From positions 15,128,001 through 15,192,000 of the forward strand of contig CM120649.1 of the NCBI GenBank assembly GCA_051362555.1: 64,000 nucleotides of DNA, given 5' to 3'. The notes beneath the pieces were generated by a model. That model had not been told where the DNA came from, did not search any database, and was given only the letters and a program-made list of their open reading frames with translations. The translations under genes were made by a program, and so were the position numbers. This stretch comes from Lingula anatina (lineage: Eukaryota; Animalia; Brachiopoda). Of the stretch, positions 52,801 through 64,000 are shown piece by piece (positions within the stretch are counted from its first letter, which is position 1; each line of letters starts with the position of its first letter).

Positions 52801-54510
52801 CGGAAAATTTTAGGCTTGTGTTTGAGAATTTTCATGTATATCCAACAACCAAGCCTATGAACATTTTGCTTATTTTACCACAGTTAGAAATATATTGGCC
52901 AAAATGTCGATTCTTTCGTATTTTAATGATATTATGAAAACACTTTGTCAAAACACCTTTTCTGAAACAAAGTAATGACATTATGAATGTTTTTATTATA
53001 AAAATAGCCATGATTATAGATTATTTCATGCAAGAATCTAGTGTCTATGGAAACCCATTTGTTTAGCCTGGTCGACCTTGTAGAGCTATTGCGACGTAGG
53101 GGATGGGCCATATCATTATTGAACATCCCATGGTGCTTTTTCTACTTTTCATACCGTGCAATATTACACTATAACTATTCCTGTATACAGAACTGTTTAT
53201 ATTTAACCAGATTTTTTTCAAACTCAGCAAAAAATTACTTACGAATAAATTAATAGTGTTTTAGATAAACCTGTGGATTGTGTGGCTTTTGCTTTAATAT
53301 TAATATTCTTAGGAACTCGCTCGTTATTTCAGTTGGCATAGGTGTCGTGAATAATATCTGTGTGTATACACAGTTGATGATATTTAGCTAAAACTTTTCA
53401 TGGTAAACTACTCAGTACCTGTCAAAGCGAGACTGAGTGCTTGTTTGGTTATTTTGACTTTTTAAAGTGCATATTTCTCGTGTCTTACACAGTGCTGTTA
53501 CAATCTTTAAAATATACATATATATTACTTATTAAAGCGTTATCTTAAACATTTAAAAACACTCTAAAGCATTCACATAACGTTATAATTCTTTGCTGGT
53601 TATCCGATCATTTCAACGGCTAAAAATGTAAATAACGCCACTGACCATTTAGTTGGTCACTTTCCTTACATATTTTCTATACGATTATTTTAAGAGCAAA
53701 GCAAAGGTTTTTGTGTTCACATTTTTCTGTTTTCCAAAATGTGCATATTGGACTTACAAGATTAACTGACTTGAATGACAAAATGACCATTTATTTAAAG
53801 CTAAATGATTTCGGTAAAATTGGTATTAAAACAGCCAATGTAAGTAGGAAAAAATGATTTTCTTTGTATTTTTAATAATTCCATATAATTTAGCTATTTT
53901 CTACTTTGACTTTTTCATTCTTTCCAAATTTTCTGTTTTAACAGACTTTGGAATAGTAACATTTGCAAGACTATTTCTAATGGCATCAGTAATGAAAGAA
54001 ATCCTTAATACTAAAATTTGAAGACATCCGTGAAAAACAAGATGTTTCATTACCAGTGGATGGTAATATCTATTAACATTTAATAACATATCCGAGGTGT
54101 AGATCGAGTTAAGATAAAATGCAACATTTTGTCTCGACATAGATCCTTTTAACTGATAAAATATAACTCACCAGACAAGATACTTTGCGATTCCGTGCCT
54201 CTATGTATAAGCAGTTTGGGTCACTCAACAGGAACCCCGCCTGAACGCCGGAACAGTTGAAATTGGTAAGAGCACAAGTCTTTGTGTTACCGCAGTAATA
54301 TGCACCTAGGCAGCTGTTGTGTCCAAGACAGTGGAGTGCACAGTGCCCTTTAGACATAGAAGATGTCGTCTGAAGAATTAAATCTTCAATAAATTTCGTC
54401 TGAGGCTGAACCCGAAACCATAAAGATGAAGAATTCGACGCGCCAAACCATATCATAAGTAGAGCATATCCTGCCAAAAGGACGGCCACAAATTTCTTCG
54501 TTGCCATCAT
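49887..54510 (-). CDS. Secreted PAN/apple-EGF-C-type lectin protein, copy D (~280-283 aa, intact)
   Basis: Exons 54510(or 54507)-54172, 51380-51284 (or -51278), 51055-50876, 50444-50337, 50008-49887; CTLD end GEPNNNGGNQDCVQYYKATKLFDDIQCSNSINFICETEAT*. Confidence 0.88.
52753..52878 (+). mobile_element. Short insertion carrying a degenerate hammerhead-ribozyme motif (Penelope-like/retrozyme remnant)
   Basis: CTGATGA-A-GGCC-(12-nt loop)-GGCC-GTAA-GCT at 52759-52793; segment absent from the paralogous introns. Confidence 0.45.
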
Positions 54511-55275
54511 GGTTAACTGCTGTTTGGATCCTTCATTATCTTTTACGTGAAATGTGTTCACATCATGCATTGAAACACCCACCCTCGAGTCTGCAAGCTC
54601 TTTTTATGTCATTAGTGTTTTGGTTGGCTTCACCTGACGTCCTCAGTGAGAGATTAATCTGAAGCTTCTATTTTTGTGACACTGAAATGCTGCTTATTGT
54701 GTACTGCGCCATAGACAAAAATTAAAAATTGATATGGCACTTAATAAAGATTCATCCATTTACTGTAATTCTGATCTAATTCCATCTCTCCTGTGTGTTG
54801 TTTGTAGTTTTTATTGATTGAATTGTCTGCCATTGGGTCTATCATATCTAACATATGGTGTTATGAATATGTGATGTTTGCTATTGTAAGTTATAGGGAA
54901 ATGTTACACTCTGCCATTGCAAATCAGCATCAAGTAATGTATATATGAACAAAAACTTTTCATTAAAAAAGCAAAAAAAAAAGAATGGAAAGAAACAATA
55001 CTGGAAAGTTATCTGTATTGAAATCCCACAGTGGTTTCACGGGGTTCGAGTGGTTTAAACGAACCGCCATTTTATGCCAAGAAAATAAGGTCTGCTCCTG
55101 GTAAAATTTGATCTAGGTACACGAATGTTTCATGATAAAAGGTTAACTTCTTCAGAAAAATACCCCCTTTGCTGGATACAGAACTGCGTTAGAATCCTGT
55201 AAAATATATAAAAACACATGCATTTGTCTCTGAAATTATATGTCATGAGATACATGTACCAGTACATCATTTTAA

Positions 55276-57686
55276 GGCTGGGTCACACTGCGCTTGCAAC
55301 CTTTTGGCAACCTCTTTGCAACCTCAGTCGCAAGGAGGTTGCCCTAGGTTTTAAAGTGGTCGCATTAGGTTGCAAACAGGTCGCCTGCGATCGTTGACAC
55401 ACGAAGGCCATTTTTTTGGCACCGACAACCAGTGCGACTGATAATGAAAACGATTGGTAACTGAGAGGTTGCCTATAGGTCTCCTCTTGGTTGCCAGTAG
55501 GTCGCTGTAACCAGACTAAAACCAGTCGCATACCACCTGTAACTGCACGGTCGATTGACGGTCTTTAGTCGCTTAGTTGCAAACAGGTTACTAACCGGTT
55601 GCAAGCGGTGGGCAGCAGGTCGCAAGGAGGTTGCAGTTGAAACTTCATGGTCGATTAACGGTCTTTAGTCGCTTGGTCTCTAACAGGTTTCTTACAGCTC
55701 GCATGCACTCGAAAACATGTCGCGAGAAGGTCGCAAGCAACCGTGATAAAATAAGCGTAGGATGGTGGCCACTAAATATATAAATATATTTTTCATTTAT
55801 ATCATGCCATTAAGGCTTTCTAAATACCTTGACAAAAATCGTTATTTCTCAATTAAAACGTAGATTGTATTTGTTGTCATCCTTTTAAATTTATTTACAA
55901 GGTTTTCATAAGTATTTTTTTTTTTCAATAAAATAAATAAATGTATGAGTCCCTATCAGCCACCATACTTGACTAAAAGTGTTGTAAATAGAAGCCGCTG
56001 AGCCCGTGTCTTCAGTCCCCAGTATGTCATCCAACAGCGTGGGAAGGGTGGCCAGAATGTATTTTGAGAAAGCAAATGCCCGTGAAGAAAGTTCTTCACA
56101 AAGTTCCAACACAGACTCTGCTTCCCACGAAGAGGATCAACCGAAAGATGATGAACGCGGAGGAGACAGGGAGCCTAAATTTACTATTAAAGAGGAAGAA
56201 GAATTAGTTGATTTTTTTTAAGGAAAACGAGTTTTTCTATAACCAACAATTGAAAGACTTTAAAAACAAATCAAATAAAGTGCCAAAACAATCAATAATG
56301 ATTATCACAATGTAAACGATAAACTGTTATCTTTTTATCCATTCCTATATCATGGCTAATTTTTGACAACTATTGTTGTCAAATCTACTGGAAACATTTT
56401 TAATGACTAAAGCAGCCGGAAATATCTTACTTTTTAATTTGCCAAGTCATAATTTGCCAAGTCACAATGGAAGAAAAATTAAGCAAATAGGCGGGCGCAG
56501 AGAAAAAAAGTAAATAGCAAAGTTTGATTCATACTTTTTACAATAAATTTAATTGTCAGGCATTTTTATAACAGTAAAACAGTGTCACCAATATAAAGAA
56601 GGTCAAATAAATACAAATTAACTTCCTCCCAGTACTTAGAATTCGTACCACAAGGACGGAAACAAATTGATGACGCGCAGGATCCTTCACTATTTAAAAA
56701 TGTTGTATTGTAAGTGTAACGCTTGGGGCTACAAAGACAAAGGGAAAACCACACAATCGGTCGCAAATCAGTTGCTAAGCAGTCGGCGACCTTTTAGCAA
56801 CCGGTTGGATACCACAAATAGGCTTTTCGGTCGCCAGGAGGTTTTCGGTGCTGCACCGAAAACCGGCGCGACCGGATAGTAACCCAGCGTTCATTTGGAG
56901 ACCACTTTGCGAGTTGTTGCAACTTGTCGCCCACCTTTCTGCAACCGGTGACAGTTGCAAGTCGCAAGGAGGTTTTATGTTCAGTGTGACCGTAACTGCA
57001 CAGGCCTTGCGACCTCAAAGATACCAAGTATTGAAAAAAGAAACTATGCATGCCTATTATTACATTAATAAGGCTGAAAAAACATCCAAATATGTGTTTT
57101 ATTACACCACTGGTTTGATATAAATGCCAATATATAGTACAAATATATTTCTTATTTATTATTGTAAGTTTGACAATATTGGTAGTACAGAAATCGACTG
57201 TGACGTTATAACAGAATCTCATAGCAGAATCATACTTTAATATTCAAAATATTAAATCATTTGAAGCTGCTACGGAACGGATCCAATCGTTGTATAATGT
57301 TTAAAATATTCCCTCTGTTGTCATCCGAGAGGGAAATTTACGAGAAGGCAGCTATCGTCACAACTTATAAAATATATATAGTCTGTGCAACCTTGCTGCT
57401 ACCAGTTGGCAAGCGATCGCTACAGTCCTGCAACCGGTTTTCAGTCTCCAAGTGGTTGCTGACAGGTTGTTTATCGCTCGCCTAACGGTGTGCGACTGGT
57501 AACCTCTGACTTGAAGATTGTCTGTAAGAGGTTGCAGATACCATACTGTAACCTTGTTGCAACCGGTTAGCAACTGCTTGCCGATCAAAATATGCAAATT
57601 AGGTCGCAAAGTGATCGCAAGCGACCACCAGATTTTGTGGTTGCAAAGAGGTTGCCAAAAGGTTGCAAGCGCAGTGTGACCCAGCC
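55276..57686. mobile_element. Non-autonomous DNA transposon, probably PIF/Harbinger, ~2.4 kb
   Basis: Perfect 48-bp TIRs (GGCTGGGTCACACTGCGCTTGCAACC...); TTAA on both flanks; dense subterminal GGT(T/C)GC repeats; internal MADF-like remnant; absent from the paralogous site at ~33380. Confidence 0.9.
56024..56280 (+). pseudogene. Frameshifted, truncated MADF/Myb-SANT-like DNA-binding protein remnant inside the transposon
   Basis: Removing one T from the run at ~56212-56219 gives ...KFTIKEEEELVDFFKENEFFYNQQLKDFKNKSNK, matching the recalled N-terminal MADF pattern (T.EEE..L....E...LY......YKN...K). Confidence 0.6.
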
Positions 57687-59941
57687 TTAACAGGGTGTAT
57701 CCTGCAGACAGTTTAGACACGTTGTGTATGTGACGAGCTCGAAATACAAAAAAAAAATCTTAGTTGTAAGATAAATCAAGGGTAAAACATGGATCCTAGG
57801 CTAAATGTACAGTCCAATAAAGACTGGAAATATGAACCATTAACACTGACAGGAAACAGTGGGTGTTTCGTGTAAAAGGAACGACGTACAGTCACACAGG
57901 ACGTTACCTCTTTCTGCATCCATCTGTAACATATATCATTATACTACAACCTGTAGTACAGGTTCACGCCAACCCCATCATTGCGAAATGTTTGATGTCG
58001 CTATGGGATTGCCTTGTCTCAACCGGATGTCTTTTTTTTTATCTCCCCTACCACATTCACAATCAGTCAGTGCATATTGTCGAATTATGTGCCTCGAACA
58101 AAAATCACTAGTTTTACCTGTATGCGTCTGAAATAGTGTACTCGGATTTATTAAGATCGTGAATTTCTTTCCTTATACGGCGTTACATCTATTAATATTG
58201 TTAATGATATATATATACTCAATGGGTTTTGGGCGTTTAAACATTAAAATGGGAACATCTGCATCTAAATGTAAACCCTTTAGTCGGTAAACTTGTTTAT
58301 TTTCGACCCAAACACGTGCAAATTAGTTAACATCTGGCGGTAGAAATGGATCCTCTTGAAGGAGCCATATTCTAGCATTGAACGGCCCAGGGGTATATAT
58401 GCAATCAGATTTGGGACTGTGTTGGAGATTACAGTACGTCGTGCCAGTACATGTGCCAAGTCGTTCTGAAGTACTGGTTTATCTGTCTCTAATACTCTGG
58501 CAATTCTGTGCCATCACCTTCATATTTCACAAATAATGCAGCGGTATGGTTAGGTTATATTTGACAAGAAACGGGGGTAAAATTGCATTACAAATTGAGG
58601 GTTAATTATATACTTTTTATTCTGTTTGTAAGTGCTCGTCTAGTCCGCTTTAATTATCGTTTAATGCTATTTTGTCTTTTGATACATTTCTTCAATTCAC
58701 GAAAGCACAACAAATTATTGTAAATACATTATTTTATTTCTAACAAACACATAAAATTAGAGGATTCTAAAATCGCAGGGTAACGCTCTGGAATACACTG
58801 CAAAGATATGCTATATTATAAACGTCATAATATGTACATTTCATACATGATTTCAGAAAGACGATACATCGGCACACGACAAAAAATATACAACATACAA
58901 ACAGGAGAAAATATACTATCTGGTTGCTGAACAGGATCCAGCAGTCATAAACCATGACCAAAAACACCCTATATTAGATGATGTGTAAATAAAAATTACT
59001 TGGGACACGATGGATGATGCAAATATATTAGCTTATTCATACAGTCCACGCATCTAAATATCTGACAGACTAAATGTAAACAAAGTTCTCCCTGATATGA
59101 CGAAATTTAATGAAAACGTACGTGACAGGTAATACTGGAAGCGCACAAGCATAACATACCGGTACGTCACGTATATTAGTGCATGTTCAGACGGCCAATG
59201 TTTGTAATCCTAGGTTTTATTTAGTCTTAATATAGTCTTATATATAGTCTTAAGGCGGCCACAAACATTGGATTTTTGCCTGAGAGAAACAATTACAATT
59301 CTTATTATTTGCATGTATGAGCCGATTAAAAAAAAAAAAGATGTATTTGTATACAAAACCATAGAATTCCCTTTATGTAACGGTGTATGTAGTAATCTGA
59401 AAGAGCAATCCGATTAGAAATGTCTTCATTACAAATGGACGGTGTAACATGAGAAAATGACGGAGAGAGCAGCATTGTTGACGTTAGAAAAAGTATCCAT
59501 AGGCAAATTTGACAGCAGGCAGCATAAAAACCTTGATCTCATATGCTAAATTGACAACAATAACAGCATCGGAAGAAATCTCATAAAATTTGCTGAAAGC
59601 GTAAAACATAATACAACTATCCATGTTGCCGTTTAAATATGATTTCGTTTCCATATTTTCTCTACAACTAATTCAATTGAAATGTTTTACCCAGAGCCCG
59701 TTGGAAAAATCCCCTAGAGTTATTTGGCCGTTTTGTTTTCTCTTATGGGCAGTCATTCTGTAAGCCGGAGTCAACAAACCATAGGCAACAAGAAGTATAC
59801 TTAACTAACCATATATTTTTAAATATAGAAGATATGAATAAAATGAGATCCAGAAAGATCGTATTATTGTGCTAATATTGGTTCTCATACGGATGGCATC
59901 CTGTATCATCCTGTATATATTTTTCCAGTATGCGTCGTTTT

Positions 59942-60480
59942 CTAGGTCGCTTCTGTTTCACATATAAAGTTAATTGTATGCCTGCATTGCACGTCATCAA
60001 AAAGCTTGGTGAGAAAATGGTATTGTACACAGTCTTGATTGCCCCCTTCGCTATTTGGTTCCCCTAGAATGGAAATAACTTGTGGGAAATTGATTATGCA
60101 AATAAAATCACCATCAGAAGATTTCGTTTGAATAACATTGTTTTAAACCTCCGTTAATGTAATATATAGAAACGAAAAATAAACCGACATCAAAGATGGC
60201 ATTTCCTGCTCGGCATCATTGCTCTATCTCTACTTCTATTTAAGAGAACTTCAGCTTGGCAATACATGACAACGAAGGTATATGCCAAGTAAGGTAGTCT
60301 TGAAAATATATCAGATAAATCCATGTATTTTAAGGACAAAATTGTTATAACTAAAATATGAAAATACACATGAAAATATGCGAGTTTTATACCTGGACCC
60401 CATGCAATAAACGGTGCTGGAATGTCGCCCCATCCGGACAATACCCAGTACCTTCTGAGGCTGTATCTGTTAGTGAGGTC
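59942..60480 (-). pseudogene. Truncated PAN-EGF-CTLD copy E (exon 5 plus the 3' part of exon 4 only)
   Basis: Exon 5 60063-59942 is intact (GEPNSEGGNQDCVQYHFLTKLFDDVQCRHTINFICETEAT*). Exon 4 60480-60393 has a 1-nt deletion relative to copy B and is fused at 60480/60481 to sequence homologous to ~47411 (upstream of copy C). Confidence 0.85.
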
Positions 60481-61096
60481 TGTAACTGTGATCTTAAGCG
60501 ATATTCCTTATGTGTTATTTGTAGTTTTGATTGATAGACTTCCATCCAATGTTTACCTCTATTACCAGTGTAAATCAGTATCAAGTGAAATGTATATATA
60601 AACGAAAAATTAGAATTAGAAAAGAAAAAAACGAAAGAGAGAAAAAATACTGAAAATTTATCTGTGATGAAATTCTATTGCAAAAAAAAGGACCCCCTAA
60701 TGCCTCTATCCACCTGTCATAATATGTTAACAAAAAGAGTAATAACGCATAAGCAAAAACTAATCTGACTTTCAGTGACATAAAATCACCTTCGAGATAT
60801 ATTGGGTCAAAGACGTGTGACTTTCTCCTGGTCCTAAATAATTACCGAAACGCTTTCGTCATTAAAAACATTTGTTTTATTATCGCGCGAGCAACCCGCT
60901 AATGGCTATTTCTGCCGATTTCTCATTTAGTATTTATTACTTCATTTCACGGAAAATATTGACTGAGGTTACTGAGCACTAGCTGATACCCATCACATCA
61001 ATCATTGAAGCATGATAAGAAATTAGTGTACATGATTTATATAATCATTTTATATTGTATATTCTGTGTGAAAGTATTATGTCCACACTTGCCTTT

Positions 61097-61097
<1 letters not shown>

Positions 61098-61138
<41 letters not shown>
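61098..61138. repeat. (TAA)n microsatellite
   Basis: Read directly; expanded relative to the paralogous site at ~40590. Confidence 0.9.
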
Positions 61139-61636
61139 TTAAAAAATAAAAGAAAACAACGGGACTGAGTGGAAAAAGGGCTAGTATACTACGCGTAGCC
61201 AAGGACGTTACCACCCGGCCAGTAAATCCTGCTTTCTGATGTAATTTTCTTGACAATATATAGTACCTGTACACATGTCGAAGATTATCGGAAACTGCCG
61301 AAGGCTAGAAATACCTTCCAAATATACTTTTAACAGTTTTAATCAAATTCAAATCATGGCCACTATCTTCCCACTGCCCTAAGGTATTGCTAACACCTGT
61401 CAGTTGTCAACAGATTGTTGTAATTTGGGAGAAAAACGTGAAAAGGAGAATTCGGGTGATCTCTTTATACTTAATAATTAATTTATCGTGGTAGATTAAT
61501 TCACCTGTAATTTACTTGGCCAATTAACATGCTCATCATGCTGTCAACAATCCAAAGACCCAATTGGGATGTGGTCTGGGCCAGGTCATAATAAGGGTGT
61601 GGTCTGGGCCATTTAGTAAGTAGACTATATTGGGAT

Positions 61637-62306
61637 CTAGCCTGTGAGGAGGCCATGCGGCCTATTGGTAAAGTTAGAATCCCGCGAAACTGTACGACCA
61701 CCCCTTATCACAGTAGAGCCTTTGTTGCCAGTATTGGAATGCGTTGTCTCAACCGGATTTCTTGTTTGGATCTCTTCTACCACAATCACGTCGTCGGTGT
61801 CGGTGTATGAAGTCGAATTCAGAGCCTCGAATAAGAAATCACTAGAAACCACTATATGCATCTGAAATAGTGTCCTCAAATATATTAAGAATGTGGATTT
61901 CTTTCGTTTCACGGCGTTACATGTATTAATATTGTTAATGTGATATATTCAGTGGGTTAACTATTAGGGTGTTAATGAGAACATCTGAGTCTGAATTTTA
62001 ATTTTAACCCTTTAGTTGGTAAACTGGTTTGTTTTCGACTCAAACACGTTCAAGTTACTAAGCATGTGGCGGTAGGAATGGATCCCACTTGAAGGATATT
62101 CGAGCATTGAACGGCCCAGGGATATCCATGCGGTGCATTAACCGGATTTGGGGCTGTGTTGGAGATAACGTCTACAAAAAAACTAATGCGGCATTTGACC
62201 AGTCGTTCAGTAATATGACTGTGTCTGATGATTTCTGGAAATGTTGTCCCAGCAATATAAACATCAAAAATAAAGTAGCAGTATGGTTCCGCCATATTTG
62301 ACACAT
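61637..62306 (-). pseudogene. Putative decayed two-exon secreted-protein gene (possibly FN3-like); homologous remnants occur in every array unit
   Basis: ATG 62306 to donor after 62059, then acceptor TTCTAG into 61841-61637. Splices to ~150 codons with a hydrophobic N-terminus and only one internal stop (62174-62172). Other copies are frameshifted. Confidence 0.4.
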
Positions 62307-63133
62307 GCTGGTTACAAGAAACTGTAGAAATCACATTACAATTTGAGGGTAAATTACATTGTCTGTTCTTTTTATTCTGTGTGGGTAAGAGCTGGCTAGG
62401 TCCGTTTTTTAAAATTATCGTTTAATTCTTTTTTGTCTTTTGATACATGACTTGAATGTTATGCAAATTACCGTGACGGATAACCACGCCATTTGGAATA
62501 AAAAGCAAAAAAGAAATATTGAAAGTACATTTTTATTTCTAAAAAACACGTGAAATTAGAGAAAACTAAAATCGCAGAATGAGGTTGTGAATGCGGCCAA
62601 ATAGGGATCTGGTTAGAAATGTCTTCTTTACAGATGGACTGTGTAACATGAGAAAATGACGGAGAGAGCAACAGTGTTGACCTTAGAAAAAGTATCTGTA
62701 GGCAAATTTGACAGTAGGAAGCAAAAAAAAACGTTGATCTCATATGCTAAATTGACAACAATAACAGCATCGGAAGAAATCTCATAAAAATTTGCTGAAA
62801 GCGTAAAACATAATACAACTATCCATGTTGCCGTTTAAATATGATTTCGTTTCCATATTTTCTCTACAACTAATTCAATTGAAATGTTTTACCCAGAGCC
62901 CGTTGGAAAAATCCCCTAGAGTTATTTGGCCGTTTTGTTTTCTCTTACGGACAGTCAATCTGTAAGCCGGAGTCAACAACCATAGGCAACAAGAAGTATA
63001 CTTCACTAACCATATAGTTTTTAAATATAGAAGGTATGAATAAAATGAGATCCAGAAAGATCGTATTATTGTGCTATTATTGGTTCTCATACGGATTATA
63101 TCCTGTATATATTTTTTCAGTATGCGTCATTTT

Positions 63134-63714
63134 CTAGGTCGCTTCTGTTTCACATATAAAGTTAATTATATGACTGCATTGCACGTCATCAAAAAGCTTC
63201 GTGAGACGATGGTATTGTACACAGTCTTGATTGCCCCAATGGCTATTTGGTTCCCCTAGAATGGAAATAATTTGTGGGAAATTGATAATGCAAATAAAAT
63301 CACCATCAGAAGATTTCGTTTGAATAACATTGTTTTAAACCTCCTTTAATGTAATATATAGAAACAAAAAATAAATCGACATCAAATATGAGTTCAAATG
63401 TGTCATATTCCGCTCGGCATCATCACTTTATTTCCACTTCTATTTAAGAGCACTTCATCTTGGCAATACATGACGACGAAGGTACTATATGACCAGTAAG
63501 GTAGTCTTGAAATTATCTCAGACAAATTCCGTTCACGTATTTTAAGACAAAAGTGTAATAAATGAAATATGAAAATACACATGAAAATATGCGAGTTTTA
63601 TACCTGGGCTCCATGCAGTAAACGGTGCTGGAATGTTGCCCCATCCGGACAATACCCAAGTACCTTCAGAGGCTTCATCTGTTGCTGCAGTATACCAGGA
63701 GTTGGCGCTGCGTG
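63134..63714 (-). CDS. PAN-EGF-C-type lectin copy F, exons 4-5 (exons 1-3 expected beyond the window end)
   Basis: Exon 4 63714-63604 (ARSANSWYTAATDEASEGTWVLSGWGNIPAPFTAWSP) and exon 5 63255-63134 (GEPNSHWGNQDCVQYHRLTKLFDDVQCSHIINFICETEAT*); intron 3 homology continues to 64000. Confidence 0.82.
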
Positions 63715-64000
63715 CTGAAGGTAAATAATTGACACGACTGACAAAAGCACCAAATTTTGCATGTGGTTACCTTTTGACATACTATGTCGAATCAGCTCCC
63801 TACAAAATTAACCGATCGGTGAAAAAAATCCAAAATGGACGCCAATGTAATGGATTCTATAGAAATTTAATTGTGACAACTGACACCAACCTATAAGAGA
63901 CATCATTACTGTCAAAGTAGATTGCAAGATGATAACAATATACAAAGCCAACGAAAACATTGAGTATTTTGCAAAGTTTAAGTACTTGTGGGTAACACAT

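Larger units (their letters stand above)
22660..64000 (-). repeat. Tandem segmental-duplication array of PAN-EGF-C-type lectin gene units
   Basis: The same introns, 3' flanks and upstream blocks recur six times. Examples: 37040-39190 ~ 44040-46200; 42240-44030 ~ 49310-51050; 31400-36470 ~ 53260-60480. Homology starts at least at ~22660 (matches ~40860). Confidence 0.92.

Noticed and set aside
55276-57686. Autonomous transposon or piggyBac assignment
   Set aside because: No transposase ORF; termini are GG...CC rather than piggyBac-type CC...GG.
22660-64000. Whole array as an assembly artefact
   Set aside because: Copies carry many private substitutions, indels and TE insertions. Only the near-identical tracts around copy C still need read-level checking.

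Overview
AT-rich, intron-containing eukaryotic (invertebrate animal-like) genomic DNA. The supplied ORF track is mostly noise because the real genes are spliced; I rebuilt them by hand from GT/AG boundaries and paralog comparison. Bases 1-21.3 kb hold three paralogous small four-TM membrane-protein genes with a Cys-rich N-terminus (LAPTM4/DUF4728-like): one is only exon 1 at the window edge, and two are complete six-exon genes facing tail-to-tail. From ~22.7 kb to the end is a head-to-tail segmental-duplication array on the minus strand, made of five-exon genes for secreted ~280-aa signal peptide + PAN/apple + EGF + C-type lectin proteins. There are four intact copies (A-D), one deletion/frameshift pseudogene (E) and one copy cut by the window end (F). 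The copies are recombination mosaics, and their variation clusters in the sugar-binding loops. Each repeat unit also appears to carry a decayed second gene. Mobile DNA includes a 2.4-kb Harbinger-like element with a MADF remnant, many MITEs (several with paralogous empty sites), a degenerate Penelope-type hammerhead motif, a minisatellite and microsatellites.
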